Below the pieces are notes generated by a model. It was given only the letters and a program-made list of their open reading frames with translations. It ran no database searches and was not told the origin of the DNA. Shown here piece after piece: positions 43,807 to 53,319 of a stretch of DNA of 64,000 nucleotides. This DNA comes from a virus. The stretch covers positions 89,003-153,002 of the IMG/VR virus record IMGVR_UViG_3300017917_003053; one strand, written 5' to 3'. The translations under genes and the position numbers were made by a program. Position 1 is the stretch's first letter, and each line of letters begins with the position of its first letter.

Positions 43807-44219
43807 GTTGAGCACTCCAATAAGTCTGATGACTGACTAAATCTCTTAATTATTGTAACAGTACCATACAATAATCTGATGACGTATTTACCACCTTCTG
43901 TTAACTCAGAACCGTAGAAATAATCAGGAGACTGTAATTCCAAATCGTATTTTGCTGTATTAAATGTATATGTATTGGTTTTTGAGGCTGGGATCATCAA
44001 AGATAATTTCCCAGACTCTGGATCAATGATGAACTTATATACACCATAGTCATCATTCTCTGTAGTAAAAAGCATGGTGTTATTTGTATTGGTCTTCCAT
44101 ATCAATCTGGCACACCAATTAGTCAAATTAATAGGATCCCCATTAGGATCTTTATAAATTAGAGATAATTTAAATGATGTACCTTGTTCTATAGCAAAGT
44201 CGTATTTGCTTGCAGCCAT
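43803..44219 (-). CDS. Virion adaptor protein (BppU-N-like)
   Basis: 'YDFAIEQGTSF...PINLTNWCAR...KYDLEL...RLLYGTVTI'. Confidence 0.6.
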   Translation of the reverse strand: MAASKYDFAIEQGTSFKLSLIYKDPNGDPINLTNWCARLIWKTNTNNTMLFTTENDDYGVYKFIIDPESGKLSLMIPASKTNTYTFNTAKYDLELQSPDYFYGSELTEGGKYVIRLLYGTVTIIKRFSQSSDLLECST

Positions 44220-44306
44220 AATATGGGCCCTATTTGGTTAATGGCCTACTTAATATAAGCGCTTATTATTGAATTCTAGTATAGAATACACCAATGTATA
44301 TCTATA

Positions 44307-44341
44307 TAAAAAAAGAAGGACCGGAGATTTCTCTCCGATCC
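44307..44341 (-). terminator. Rho-independent terminator after the major capsid gene
   Basis: Minus strand GGATCGGAGA-GAAA-TCTCCGGTCC then TTCTTTTTTTT. Confidence 0.85.
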
Positions 44342-44371
44342 AACTCTTTTTATTAATTGCCAGTAATGATA

Positions 44372-45400
44372 TTAGAGAGCGCCGAGTAGAACTCTACGAT
44401 TATCTAGCACAGCAAAGCCTTGCTCTGCCCAACCGTAGAAACCGGCTCTCTTTTGACGATGTAGAGTATCGTCTTCGAAGATCTGGACTTCTTGGCGAAC
44501 TGGCATTATAAAACTATCTCTCTTGCGAAGGTCGAGACCAACAACAAGTTCAACCTTGTCATCACTACCACTGTAATTTTCTGGTAGTGTACCATTCAAT
44601 ACGTTGGTATAGAATAGTTGATATTCTTGACCTTCACCAAGTTCATCACGATCATGGAGATTGATACCGAAGACACGGTTTAGTGTGCCGTCAGCAGCAG
44701 TGTAGATCTCACGACGAGTAACTTCGTCAACTTGATCAACACCCCAATTACGGATGTCTTCCATAGCTTCTGGAGAAACGTAGAGATCTGTTAGCATACC
44801 ACGGTTATTGCTAGCAGAGTTACCACCACCGTTTCTACGCATAACAGTCTTCATAAGACTTACGAGACGCTTGGTGAATTGGCCTGGAGCAGCATCGCTA
44901 TCGTATACTACGATATTGCGATCAACACCAGCAGCCAATAGTGTGTGCCAACCGTCATCGTTCATCTTCTTAACGAAAGAAGCTTCGAGAACTTCCATTG
45001 CACGACCAACAACATCCCAACGAGCATCACGGGCATACTTTAAGAGATAGTCGATTGAAGAACCGATGTCATAGGTTGGAACCATGACGTAATCGCCTTC
45101 AACGTGACGCTCTGGAATATATCCGTGGTTAGGAATAGTATAAGCAACGAAATTTCTCTCGGTGCCTGGAGCAAGGAAGTCTAATGGAAATTCAGGAGTG
45201 GCACTTTGAGCAAGTTGAATTGGCTCGAAGATACCATCAAGAATATCGCCATTGAGAATACCTTGGCGAAGTGGCAACTCTAGTGCTTTTGCAAATTCAG
45301 CATTGGCCGCAAGAGCCTCTTCTTTCTTTAGTGAGCCAGAACGAACAAGAAGATCTGTTAATTCTGGAGTTGGTTGAAATACTTTAGTGTTACCTGACAT
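44372..45400 (-). CDS. Major capsid protein (342 aa)
   Basis: Position after portal, protease/scaffold and decoration genes; biased codon usage (CGT, GGT); strong RBS AAGGGAG; followed by a strong terminator. Confidence 0.8.
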   Translation of the reverse strand: MSGNTKVFQPTPELTDLLVRSGSLKKEEALAANAEFAKALELPLRQGILNGDILDGIFEPIQLAQSATPEFPLDFLAPGTERNFVAYTIPNHGYIPERHVEGDYVMVPTYDIGSSIDYLLKYARDARWDVVGRAMEVLEASFVKKMNDDGWHTLLAAGVDRNIVVYDSDAAPGQFTKRLVSLMKTVMRRNGGGNSASNNRGMLTDLYVSPEAMEDIRNWGVDQVDEVTRREIYTAADGTLNRVFGINLHDRDELGEGQEYQLFYTNVLNGTLPENYSGSDDKVELVVGLDLRKRDSFIMPVRQEVQIFEDDTLHRQKRAGFYGWAEQGFAVLDNRRVLLGAL

Positions 45401-45418
45401 GTTTTTCTCCCTTATAGA

Positions 45419-45868
45419 TTAAAGATTTACAGAGACTTTTGCATAACCATCGGAGTCTTTGGCACTCAAAAACTGACCGATCTTAACAGCACCTGTTGCT
45501 TGTACTGAACTGACGTAGCCGCTTGCGGCAACATAAGCATCAGCACCGGCAGTTGGAGTGCCACTGACTAAATTAGTTACTACTTGACCATTACGAAGAA
45601 CAGCGACCTTGCCGCCTACTTGTACTTCGTCACGGTGCCAGTTGATGTGTTGTCTTGTTAGATCAAGACTTACAACATCATTTAATAAAATACCTACTGG
45701 CTTGGCGCCTGATGGATTAGCAGCATAGCCAACTACAGCATTTGCATCATCCATACTAACGCCAGAACCACCTGTCACTACTGAAACAACACCGCCGCGC
45801 TCGGCAGCTGAAGTAGCGAAAAATGAGATGTCTGAAAGGAATTCGATACGATCTGGTTTAAGAGCCAT
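45419..45868 (-). CDS. Capsid decoration/cement protein (149 aa)
   Basis: Small G/V/A-rich protein before the MCP ('PVGILLNDVV...GKVAVLRNGQVVT'). Confidence 0.65.
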   Translation of the reverse strand: MALKPDRIEFLSDISFFATSAAERGGVVSVVTGGSGVSMDDANAVVGYAANPSGAKPVGILLNDVVSLDLTRQHINWHRDEVQVGGKVAVLRNGQVVTNLVSGTPTAGADAYVAASGYVSSVQATGAVKIGQFLSAKDSDGYAKVSVNL

Positions 45869-45870
45869 TT

Positions 45871-46521
45871 TTATTCTCCCTTATTGAGTTTTTTACCTAG
45901 TCTAGCACAAACGAATTCTACTAATGCTGCACGAGTTGATTCTACTTGAGAATTTTCGTCGCTGCCTACTCCAAGATTAAGTTCTGTCTCAGCCTCAACA
46001 TTTTCTAGTGCTTCTTCTGTATCAACTTCTGAAGCTTTTGGTTTGGCTTCTTCGTCTTTCTTCTTCTTGTCTAACCAAGGAGGCATCTTTGCAGCAAATA
46101 GACTTGTCATAGCACTGAAAGCGTCATCGTCTAATGACTCAAATTTGTCGGCTGTGGCTGAGGCTGAATCATTATCTAGACCAGCTTCGATTAGAGATGC
46201 CATTCTCTTCATTTTCTTTTCTTTCTTGGCCATCTCTTCTTCTTTTTTCATATAGCCAGCAATTACTTCGTTAGCAGTTTCAAGTTCTGACTTAACCTTA
46301 TTCATTTCTTCTTCTTTTTTCTTCATCTCTTCGTCCATCTTCTTTGCAGCAAGTTCTTTATCTTGATTAGCCGCATCAATGGTGGCCTTAGCTTCTGCTA
46401 AAGCGAGTTCGTGAGCCTTAATTGTATTTTCTAGTTCGACAGTTTTATCTTTAAGGGCTGAAACATCAGCAAAGGCATTCATTTTTTCTGCGAGTTCAGC
46501 GATCTGATTTTCTAAATTCAT
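45871..46521 (-). CDS. Nested in-frame scaffold protein (216 aa, MNLENQIAELAEKM...)
   Basis: Internal in-frame ATG at 46521 with RBS GCGGAGA and a GGTGTAT motif at 46560-46566. Confidence 0.6.
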   Translation of the reverse strand: MNLENQIAELAEKMNAFADVSALKDKTVELENTIKAHELALAEAKATIDAANQDKELAAKKMDEEMKKKEEEMNKVKSELETANEVIAGYMKKEEEMAKKEKKMKRMASLIEAGLDNDSASATADKFESLDDDAFSAMTSLFAAKMPPWLDKKKKDEEAKPKASEVDTEEALENVEAETELNLGVGSDENSQVESTRAALVEFVCARLGKKLNKGE

Positions 46522-47349
46522 AGTGTTATTCTCCGCATTTGAGTTAAACTGATTATTAGATACACCTGCAATTGTTAAATCGTCTTTTTTTTCTGTAGAA
46601 TTTTTATCTAATTCATTCATGATCATGTTTCGACTAAAGATAATACTATCTGGATTAGCTGGTTTATTAACAAAACCTTTACCAGAAAATGTAATATTTC
46701 TTAATACTCTGCCTATCTTATAATTTTCATGTTCTCCTTGGCCACCATAAGCTCTAAGGAATTTTGTTAGATATGCTGTGTCTTCATTTCTAGCTAAAAC
46801 TTTATATGATCCGGTACTTTTATCTATTATGCCATAATCAAAATTTTTAAAATAACATTCCATACTTACAAATTTTTGGCCAGATTCTATTTCTCCTATA
46901 AGTTGTGCAGATCTTGCTCTCAACTCTGGGCTGGAAAATGATTTATAAATAACAGAACCTGTTAATATATGGAATTTTTCTGGAATATTTTCAATTGGGG
47001 TACTTTCGTCAATTAGTATTCCATCTTCTGTTATTGGCCAATTAGATGTAATATGTCCTATGATTGTATTTTCATCATGCTCTAAATTTGTGGGTTTATC
47101 TTCTGGAGTATTTCTTGCTGCCCATACTTCTGTTTTATCAAAAATATCGTCATTTTTATTCCAACTGCTACTAACAAGAATCGACTGTACATAGTAAAGA
47201 TCACTATCGTTAATAGCTGCTATACTCTTGATATGCTTAATTGTAGATTCAGAATTGCATGGCTCGGCCATGGTTGCATAAGAGATAGAGGCGGAGGCTT
47301 GGAGTTTTTCTTCTAAACCGTCTTGAATTTCTTGAGCAAAAATTTTCAT
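45871..47349 (-). CDS. Prohead protease-scaffold fusion (492 aa)
   Basis: N-terminal 'NKNDDIF...PTNLEHD...IIGHI...VSMEC...FSGKGFVNKPANPDSII' protease-like; C-terminal E/K/A coiled coil. Confidence 0.75.
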   Translation of the reverse strand: MKIFAQEIQDGLEEKLQASASISYATMAEPCNSESTIKHIKSIAAINDSDLYYVQSILVSSSWNKNDDIFDKTEVWAARNTPEDKPTNLEHDENTIIGHITSNWPITEDGILIDESTPIENIPEKFHILTGSVIYKSFSSPELRARSAQLIGEIESGQKFVSMECYFKNFDYGIIDKSTGSYKVLARNEDTAYLTKFLRAYGGQGEHENYKIGRVLRNITFSGKGFVNKPANPDSIIFSRNMIMNELDKNSTEKKDDLTIAGVSNNQFNSNAENNTMNLENQIAELAEKMNAFADVSALKDKTVELENTIKAHELALAEAKATIDAANQDKELAAKKMDEEMKKKEEEMNKVKSELETANEVIAGYMKKEEEMAKKEKKMKRMASLIEAGLDNDSASATADKFESLDDDAFSAMTSLFAAKMPPWLDKKKKDEEAKPKASEVDTEEALENVEAETELNLGVGSDENSQVESTRAALVEFVCARLGKKLNKGE

Positions 47350-47376
47350 AATAACCTCTATTTATTAGAAATATAC

Positions 47377-49563
47377 TTAATTTGAATACACCGAAGAATA
47401 AAAAGAAGCTTTGGCTTGTTTAAGTTCTTCTACAGATAATTCTTTATGCAGTTGATGTTCTAGGTTATTTAGCCAATTACTATACGCTGACATAACTGTA
47501 TTAAATTCTGTATTATTTATATTACTAAATGCTGACATAATTTTATCATCAGTAATTTGAGCGAATGGTTGAAAACTAAACAGAACTTTAGTTCTAGTAT
47601 TTTCTGCTTCAATTGTTTCTTGTTTAGATAAGCTTCTTAAGTTTTTCTTATTATAAAAATCCAATAAAATAGGATTAAGAACGTCACTAATTTGATCCTG
47701 AGCTTGTGTGGCCCAAATTAAAAGACCAGCTCCTGTTTGTGGGGCAAAATTTTTCTGCTTTCGTTTCTGTGAGTCTTTGGAAAGTTTGGGTCTGCCTTCT
47801 CCTGATTCTTTTGGCAAAGATTCTGGCGAATCTTTTGCCAACTTTGTTGGAATCTGAGGAGCTTTCATTTCGAGGGCGGGTTTCTCTCCAGATTTTTTCT
47901 TCTCTAATTCCAGTCCAACCTGACTAGGAGTAACCGATCCTGATTGTAATGCAATCTTCTTAAGAGAATTTTCTACTTGAGGATCGTGCCACGGTCCTGC
48001 TTTTCTGATCATTCTAGAACTGTCTCTTTCTCTATTTTCTCTATTAAGGCGACTCTTCTCCATTTCTGGATCAAAACCAAATCTGCTTTGTAATAATTCA
48101 TCGCTGATTAGATTTCGATCTGCTAGTTGAACCAGTAATGCTTTTTCTGCATCTTCATTACTAAGATCCATTCTATCAAACTCAATCTTAGCAGGATATC
48201 TAAAGCCCATAGCTTTTTGTACTAGTGCAATTTCATTTTCCCAAAATTTAGTTAAAACATCTCGACCATACTGAAGTCTTTGTGTTAATGTTTTGAGACT
48301 GATAAAGTTATTGGTTGTTCCTGATGCTCCAAATGTTCCTGTTAATGTTGGAGGAATACCTAAACCAGCATAAATAGAATTAAGGTGAGGAACATATTTG
48401 GCTTCGCCTAAGAAATTATGAACATTAGTATTGCTTTCTAATAATTCAATATCTGGTCCCCAAACAATATCCATCGTTCCGCCACCAACATTATTTCCTA
48501 AAATATCTGCTAGTTTTGCGGTAGCTGCCTTAGTGGGAGCGATCTTATGTTCTAGATTACCTAATTTAAAAATTCTTATATTGGAGATTGCACCATCCAA
48601 AGCAGCCATATCTGCTAATTTGAGTTTTTCTATAATAGTTATATCATCCATAATAGCATAGATCATAGGATACGCCCATGCTTGCCAATCATCTTTTTTA
48701 TAGTGAAAAACCAGAGTTTTATCTGGATCAAGAGGATATGGTTTTTTGTTTTTAGCGGCTTCAATAATTTGAGTTGGCAAATTACTAATAATATTTTTAT
48801 CAGCTTCTGTCTTTGGTGAATTAATTAATTTCCTGATTCCAGCTGGTAAAATGATTTGATATTGTTTTTTTTGTACAAATGATGCTAACGGACCAGATGC
48901 TACCTCTACTACCAAAGGATCAATAAATGTATATCTCCAAGGTATTTCTCTTTTTTCAATTTTGATATCGTCTATGTCATTAATTTGTAGATCTGGCGAA
49001 CCTAGAGTTCTGTATAGTGTTTCCGTAACTTTAAGATTAATCTTGGCTGTTTGTTTATTGATAATAACATTGCCAGTTTTGTAAAGATTGTTTAAGAATC
49101 TTTCACTTCTATCTTTACCATCAATTTTTTTGAACCACTTGCGATAAAATCTTTCGATTCTCTTATTTCTGTGAGATAGCTTGATACCCTGAACAGCAAA
49201 GTCTCCCATGAGATCAATAATATTTTTTACTAAACCTACTCTTTGATATATTTCTTCTGCTCTAGCAATAATCTCTTTTTGCTTTACGGGAACTGCTTCG
49301 TCTGGTCTAAAATAATCGTAGTCTGATCTGAGTAATCCTGGGCGTCCACCACTATTTGTGGTCAATCCAGAGTAATCTCTAAAACGAGCACTCATACCAG
49401 CAGATGCTCTATTTTGTACCCCAGTAAATTCGCTTAATGAATCTGAAGCAGATTTTAATGCTTCTTTTTTGCTTTCTAAATCGTCACCCCAAGCAATATA
49501 TGCTTGTTCTCCTGCTAAAGATGCGTCTTTGATAGCTTCACTTTTTGGGTATTTTTTGGCCAT
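47377..49563 (-). CDS. Portal protein (728 aa)
   Basis: Directly after TerL; 'YQRVGLVKNIIDLMGDF...FLNNLYKTGNV...IYAGLGIPPTL' portal-like. Confidence 0.8.
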   Translation of the reverse strand: MAKKYPKSEAIKDASLAGEQAYIAWGDDLESKKEALKSASDSLSEFTGVQNRASAGMSARFRDYSGLTTNSGGRPGLLRSDYDYFRPDEAVPVKQKEIIARAEEIYQRVGLVKNIIDLMGDFAVQGIKLSHRNKRIERFYRKWFKKIDGKDRSERFLNNLYKTGNVIINKQTAKINLKVTETLYRTLGSPDLQINDIDDIKIEKREIPWRYTFIDPLVVEVASGPLASFVQKKQYQIILPAGIRKLINSPKTEADKNIISNLPTQIIEAAKNKKPYPLDPDKTLVFHYKKDDWQAWAYPMIYAIMDDITIIEKLKLADMAALDGAISNIRIFKLGNLEHKIAPTKAATAKLADILGNNVGGGTMDIVWGPDIELLESNTNVHNFLGEAKYVPHLNSIYAGLGIPPTLTGTFGASGTTNNFISLKTLTQRLQYGRDVLTKFWENEIALVQKAMGFRYPAKIEFDRMDLSNEDAEKALLVQLADRNLISDELLQSRFGFDPEMEKSRLNRENRERDSSRMIRKAGPWHDPQVENSLKKIALQSGSVTPSQVGLELEKKKSGEKPALEMKAPQIPTKLAKDSPESLPKESGEGRPKLSKDSQKRKQKNFAPQTGAGLLIWATQAQDQISDVLNPILLDFYNKKNLRSLSKQETIEAENTRTKVLFSFQPFAQITDDKIMSAFSNINNTEFNTVMSAYSNWLNNLEHQLHKELSVEELKQAKASFYSSVYSN

Positions 49564-49614
49564 AATTTTTAATACTAATGTAATTCTAATGTAATATAAT
49601 TACTCTTATACACC

Positions 49615-51633
49615 TTATTTTTTGATACTACAATATATAGATTCATTAGCTGCTGAGGTAAACCATTCTGGACCTTTATACATTTGACCGTCATGCTTTA
49701 CCATATCTAATCTATTACCTCCAACTACATCATAAGATATTGGCTGTAATGTTCTAGTGATTTGTCTTGCTAACATATTTGCTATTAATAATGAACTATA
49801 TCGGTCTTTTCTTAATCGACCCTTTTTACCATTCTGTAATTTAACTTCCGGAGTATCCCACCTGTCTCTAGCGTTAGGTCCTGTGCTAGTCTGGGTCATC
49901 ACTATAGTTGTTAGTTCATTTTTAAGTTCTTCAATCTCTAGTATACATTCACTTAAGCTATCATATAGATTTTCTAGATCAGAACCCATAATATCCTTAC
50001 CCTCTGCATCAAGAGCTAATCCTAAAGTAAGATTATCAAATCTTGGGAATAATAAAACTTTATCTTCTAGGTCTTTGCGTAAACCGTGATTAGCTTGACT
50101 TGTCCAATCTGCTTTGGCAAATTGTATTAATTCTATGATATGTAAACCTTGTTGATCATCAGTATCTTTGGGTTTATCGTAATCAATGATCGGCCATATT
50201 AAACTTTCGCCCTCTTCCAGTTTGCTGGGATCATGTAATGCTTCTTCTATAGCAACACCTCCACCCTGAGCATCTAAACCAATACGTTCACACGGAAAGA
50301 TTTTCATGAGATTACGAATTTTTCTAGCACAAAATCCATAAAAATCGTGTTCGGCTACTAATCCAGTTTTTTGTCTTTCTTTAAAATTATTTCTATTAGT
50401 AGTCCAACAATAAACCACTCTATTATGATCTGGATGAGCTTCTAGTATAGTAATACTAAAATTATCTTGTTCGGATGCTGGATCGATACCATAGATGTAT
50501 TTGTGATTAAGATTACCTTTAATCATAGGATCAAAAATAATAGCTTTTTCCCCAATGTAAATTGGTTTTGCTTCACTAACCACACAGCTTTCTATTAAAC
50601 TTCTCTTAAAGAAACCGTCGCTATCTTTGGTAAAACATGCAGCATATTCCATATTATATATACCGGTATGAATTGTAGCTTTGGCTCTAGATACTTGTTT
50701 GTCATCCATGAAGCCTTTTGGAATAAGTTCATAAGGAATACGAATAATGCTATAATCTTTCCAATTAAAGTTAGACGGCACCTCTCCTTTGAAGAGTTCT
50801 TCAAGTTTTCTAGTATCTCCCTTGCTTTCGATAATGGAATGATATCTATTCCAATACTGTGCAAAATGTTTAAAGCTGTAATCTGCGGTACCGGCTATAA
50901 TAGCTTGATTTCCCATTTTCTTTTCTAAAGATTCTAAATCTTGATTCCATACTCCGCTATCTATCATAGCTTGTTTTTTGGCTTGTTCTTTTACGTTTTG
51001 AATAGGATTAGCACTAACAGCAGCGAAGCCTGATACAACTGTTTCATAAATATCAGGACTAATAGATGCAAATTCGTCAGCGATAATAATATGTGCTCTT
51101 AAACCTCTAATTTTACTACCGTCGCCCATAGGAATTGCCATAGCCCAACTATCACCTAATCGTAATGTGCATCTATCAACATCTCGACGTGGGCCATCAT
51201 CATTCCCGCTAAAGATACTTCGGAGAATAGGACTATTTCTCCATATTGTTTCCATATATTCAAAGATAACTTTACTCTGTCTGAAGGCAGCACCAACAAT
51301 AACAATTTTTGTACCTGGAACAAATATGCATTTTAATACTGCATACAAAGATAACATAAAACTTTTACCGAAACCACGACTAGCAATATACATAGGAAAT
51401 GGTCTATACCAGAACTCTTGTAAAATAGCAATTTGTATAGGATGTAATTCTATACCAAATAATAGTTTACATGTAATACCAAAGTATGCAGGATTCTTTA
51501 AAAGTCTCATCAGATGTAAATCTGGATTCTCTATGTCCTCTTTGGTACGATGAATCATCAGATTCTTGTCAATATTTATTAAGGATAAGTCTCCTAGACC
51601 TAACCATGCATCATCAAAGATTTTTTGTGTCAT
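49615..51633 (-). CDS. terL: Terminase large subunit (672 aa)
   Basis: Walker A 'ASRGFGKS', 'KIRGLRAHIIIADEF' Walker B, RNase H-like 'YGIDPA...D' and 'KDRYSS'. Confidence 0.92.
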   Translation of the reverse strand: MTQKIFDDAWLGLGDLSLINIDKNLMIHRTKEDIENPDLHLMRLLKNPAYFGITCKLLFGIELHPIQIAILQEFWYRPFPMYIASRGFGKSFMLSLYAVLKCIFVPGTKIVIVGAAFRQSKVIFEYMETIWRNSPILRSIFSGNDDGPRRDVDRCTLRLGDSWAMAIPMGDGSKIRGLRAHIIIADEFASISPDIYETVVSGFAAVSANPIQNVKEQAKKQAMIDSGVWNQDLESLEKKMGNQAIIAGTADYSFKHFAQYWNRYHSIIESKGDTRKLEELFKGEVPSNFNWKDYSIIRIPYELIPKGFMDDKQVSRAKATIHTGIYNMEYAACFTKDSDGFFKRSLIESCVVSEAKPIYIGEKAIIFDPMIKGNLNHKYIYGIDPASEQDNFSITILEAHPDHNRVVYCWTTNRNNFKERQKTGLVAEHDFYGFCARKIRNLMKIFPCERIGLDAQGGGVAIEEALHDPSKLEEGESLIWPIIDYDKPKDTDDQQGLHIIELIQFAKADWTSQANHGLRKDLEDKVLLFPRFDNLTLGLALDAEGKDIMGSDLENLYDSLSECILEIEELKNELTTIVMTQTSTGPNARDRWDTPEVKLQNGKKGRLRKDRYSSLLIANMLARQITRTLQPISYDVVGGNRLDMVKHDGQMYKGPEWFTSAANESIYCSIKK

Positions 51634-52096
51634 TTGATTCTTCTATTTCGAATACTTTTTTCATTAGAGATAATGCCATTTTACTTGCATTGGTAGGATT
51701 ATCACAAAATAAAATTTTGATATTATTTTTAAGTTGTAACTCTAATAAATTTTTGATAATAAAACCAGGAGAAATTTTTAATTTACTCCACATGTGTTTT
51801 GGTACATTACTGCCAACTGGATATCTATAAATATCATTAAGACTAAATTCTAACATTAAAAATGAATACTTATAACTATTCATTCTTTCTATTACATCTT
51901 TAAATCTACTTTCTGTTATATTATTAGCAATTTCACTAACGCTCTTTTTTCTTTCTATACACAGTAAATGTTCATAGCCTTCAACGCTATAGTCGCCGGT
52001 ATCTAACTTTTTATGTTCTGCTATAGTGCGTTCAAAATGCCACGGCTGTTGCTCTCTTGTATCTATGATAACTTTAAATTTATTATAATCTACCAT
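51614..52096 (-). CDS. ERCC4/XPF-family nuclease (160 aa)
   Basis: 'IIDTREQQP...LDTGDYS...IERKKSVSE' is the ERCC4 signature. Confidence 0.85.
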   Translation of the reverse strand: MVDYNKFKVIIDTREQQPWHFERTIAEHKKLDTGDYSVEGYEHLLCIERKKSVSEIANNITESRFKDVIERMNSYKYSFLMLEFSLNDIYRYPVGSNVPKHMWSKLKISPGFIIKNLLELQLKNNIKILFCDNPTNASKMALSLMKKVFEIEESNDTKNL

Positions 52097-52358
52097 TTTT
52101 TTGTGCCACTATTTTATAGAAGACACCCTCGTAAATTTCTTCCATACCTTTTATAAGCTTATGATGTAGCTTACATAAAGTAATACCGTTATCAACAACA
52201 AAACGTAATGCTGGATAATTTGCCCATGTTTTAATATGATGAGCATTTAATCCAGTCTTTTTATTACACCCTGGCCACTGACAAGAGTGGTTATCTCTAG
52301 TATAGACCTTCTTTCTCCATTCTTTATATAGTGGATCTTTATAGTTTCTGAATGTCAT
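52083..52358 (-). CDS. HNH endonuclease (91 aa), terminase-associated
   Basis: 'WRKKVYTRDNHSCQWPGC...AHHIK...NGITLCKLHH'. Confidence 0.85.
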   Translation of the reverse strand: MTFRNYKDPLYKEWRKKVYTRDNHSCQWPGCNKKTGLNAHHIKTWANYPALRFVVDNGITLCKLHHKLIKGMEEIYEGVFYKIVAQKNGRL

Positions 52359-53319
52359 GATCCACCATATCTTTTACCAGATTCATAAATGATATTTCTG
52401 GTTTCCATCCCAAGTATGTTTGAGCTTTTTCTGGTGCTCCTCGTAAATATTCTACTTCTGCTGGACGATATAATTCTGGATCAATCTCTACATAATCTTT
52501 ATGATTTAATCCAGCGTATTCAAATGCTAATTCTAAAAAGTTTTGAACACTCCATGTGTGACCAGTAGCAATAACATAATCTGCCGGACTAGTTTGCTGT
52601 AACATTAGCCACATTGCTCTAACATAGTCTTTAGCGTGACCCCAATCTCTTTGAGCATTTAAATTGCCTAACTTTAATTTCTCTGTTGTTTCTCCTCTTT
52701 TTACCTGACCAATATATTTGGTTATCTTACGAGTTACAAAATTTTCGCCTCGTCGTGGACTTTCATGATTAAAAAGGATGCCGCAGCAACCAAATACTCC
52801 GTAGCCTGTTCTGTAAATTCGCACCATATTGTGCGCCGCTAGCTTTGCTACTCCATATGGACTCTGTGGCAACAATGGTGTGTTTTCATCCTGATATTTT
52901 AGTCCTGCTATATTAGTACTGTAATTAAAACCAAACATTTCGCTAGTGCTTGCCTGATAAAATTTGGTACTAAATGAATAATTCCTAATGGCCTCTAGGA
53001 GGTTCACTACTCCAATAGCATCAATTTCAAACGTTGTGGTGGGTTGTTTGAAACTGGTGCCAACATGACTTTGAGCGGCCAAATTATAAACTTCATGTGG
53101 CTGGTAACGATTGATAACGTCGTTGCATCCGCTAGGATCAGTAAGATCAAATTCTTCCAAAATGAAGTTTGGATTGTTGAGCAGATGGGAAACTCTGTTA
53201 AGGGTATTTGTGCTACTGCGGCGAAATAGGCCAACCACAGTATAATTTTTCTCTAAAAGTAAGTCGGCCAAATAACTTCCGTCTTGTCCATTAACTCCGG
53301 TGATAATTGCTTTTTTCAT
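52339..53319 (-). CDS. gmd: GDP-mannose 4,6-dehydratase
   Basis: 'ITGVNGQDGSYLA', 'YNLAAQSHV', 'YQASTSEMFG', 'SPYGVAK', 'ILFNHESPRRG', 'RDWGHAKDYV'. Confidence 0.95.
   Translation of the reverse strand: MKKAIITGVNGQDGSYLADLLLEKNYTVVGLFRRSSTNTLNRVSHLLNNPNFILEEFDLTDPSGCNDVINRYQPHEVYNLAAQSHVGTSFKQPTTTFEIDAIGVVNLLEAIRNYSFSTKFYQASTSEMFGFNYSTNIAGLKYQDENTPLLPQSPYGVAKLAAHNMVRIYRTGYGVFGCCGILFNHESPRRGENFVTRKITKYIGQVKRGETTEKLKLGNLNAQRDWGHAKDYVRAMWLMLQQTSPADYVIATGHTWSVQNFLELAFEYAGLNHKDYVEIDPELYRPAEVEYLRGAPEKAQTYLGWKPEISFMNLVKDMVDHDIQKL

Noticed and set aside
49615-51633. Intein or intron in the terminase, portal or capsid genes
   Set aside because: No Hint-domain motifs (N-terminal C, C-terminal HN) or frame interruptions seen
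5599-53229. Numerous plus-strand ORFs of 60-145 aa within the structural module
   Set aside because: Antisense shadows of long minus-strand genes; no independent support seen
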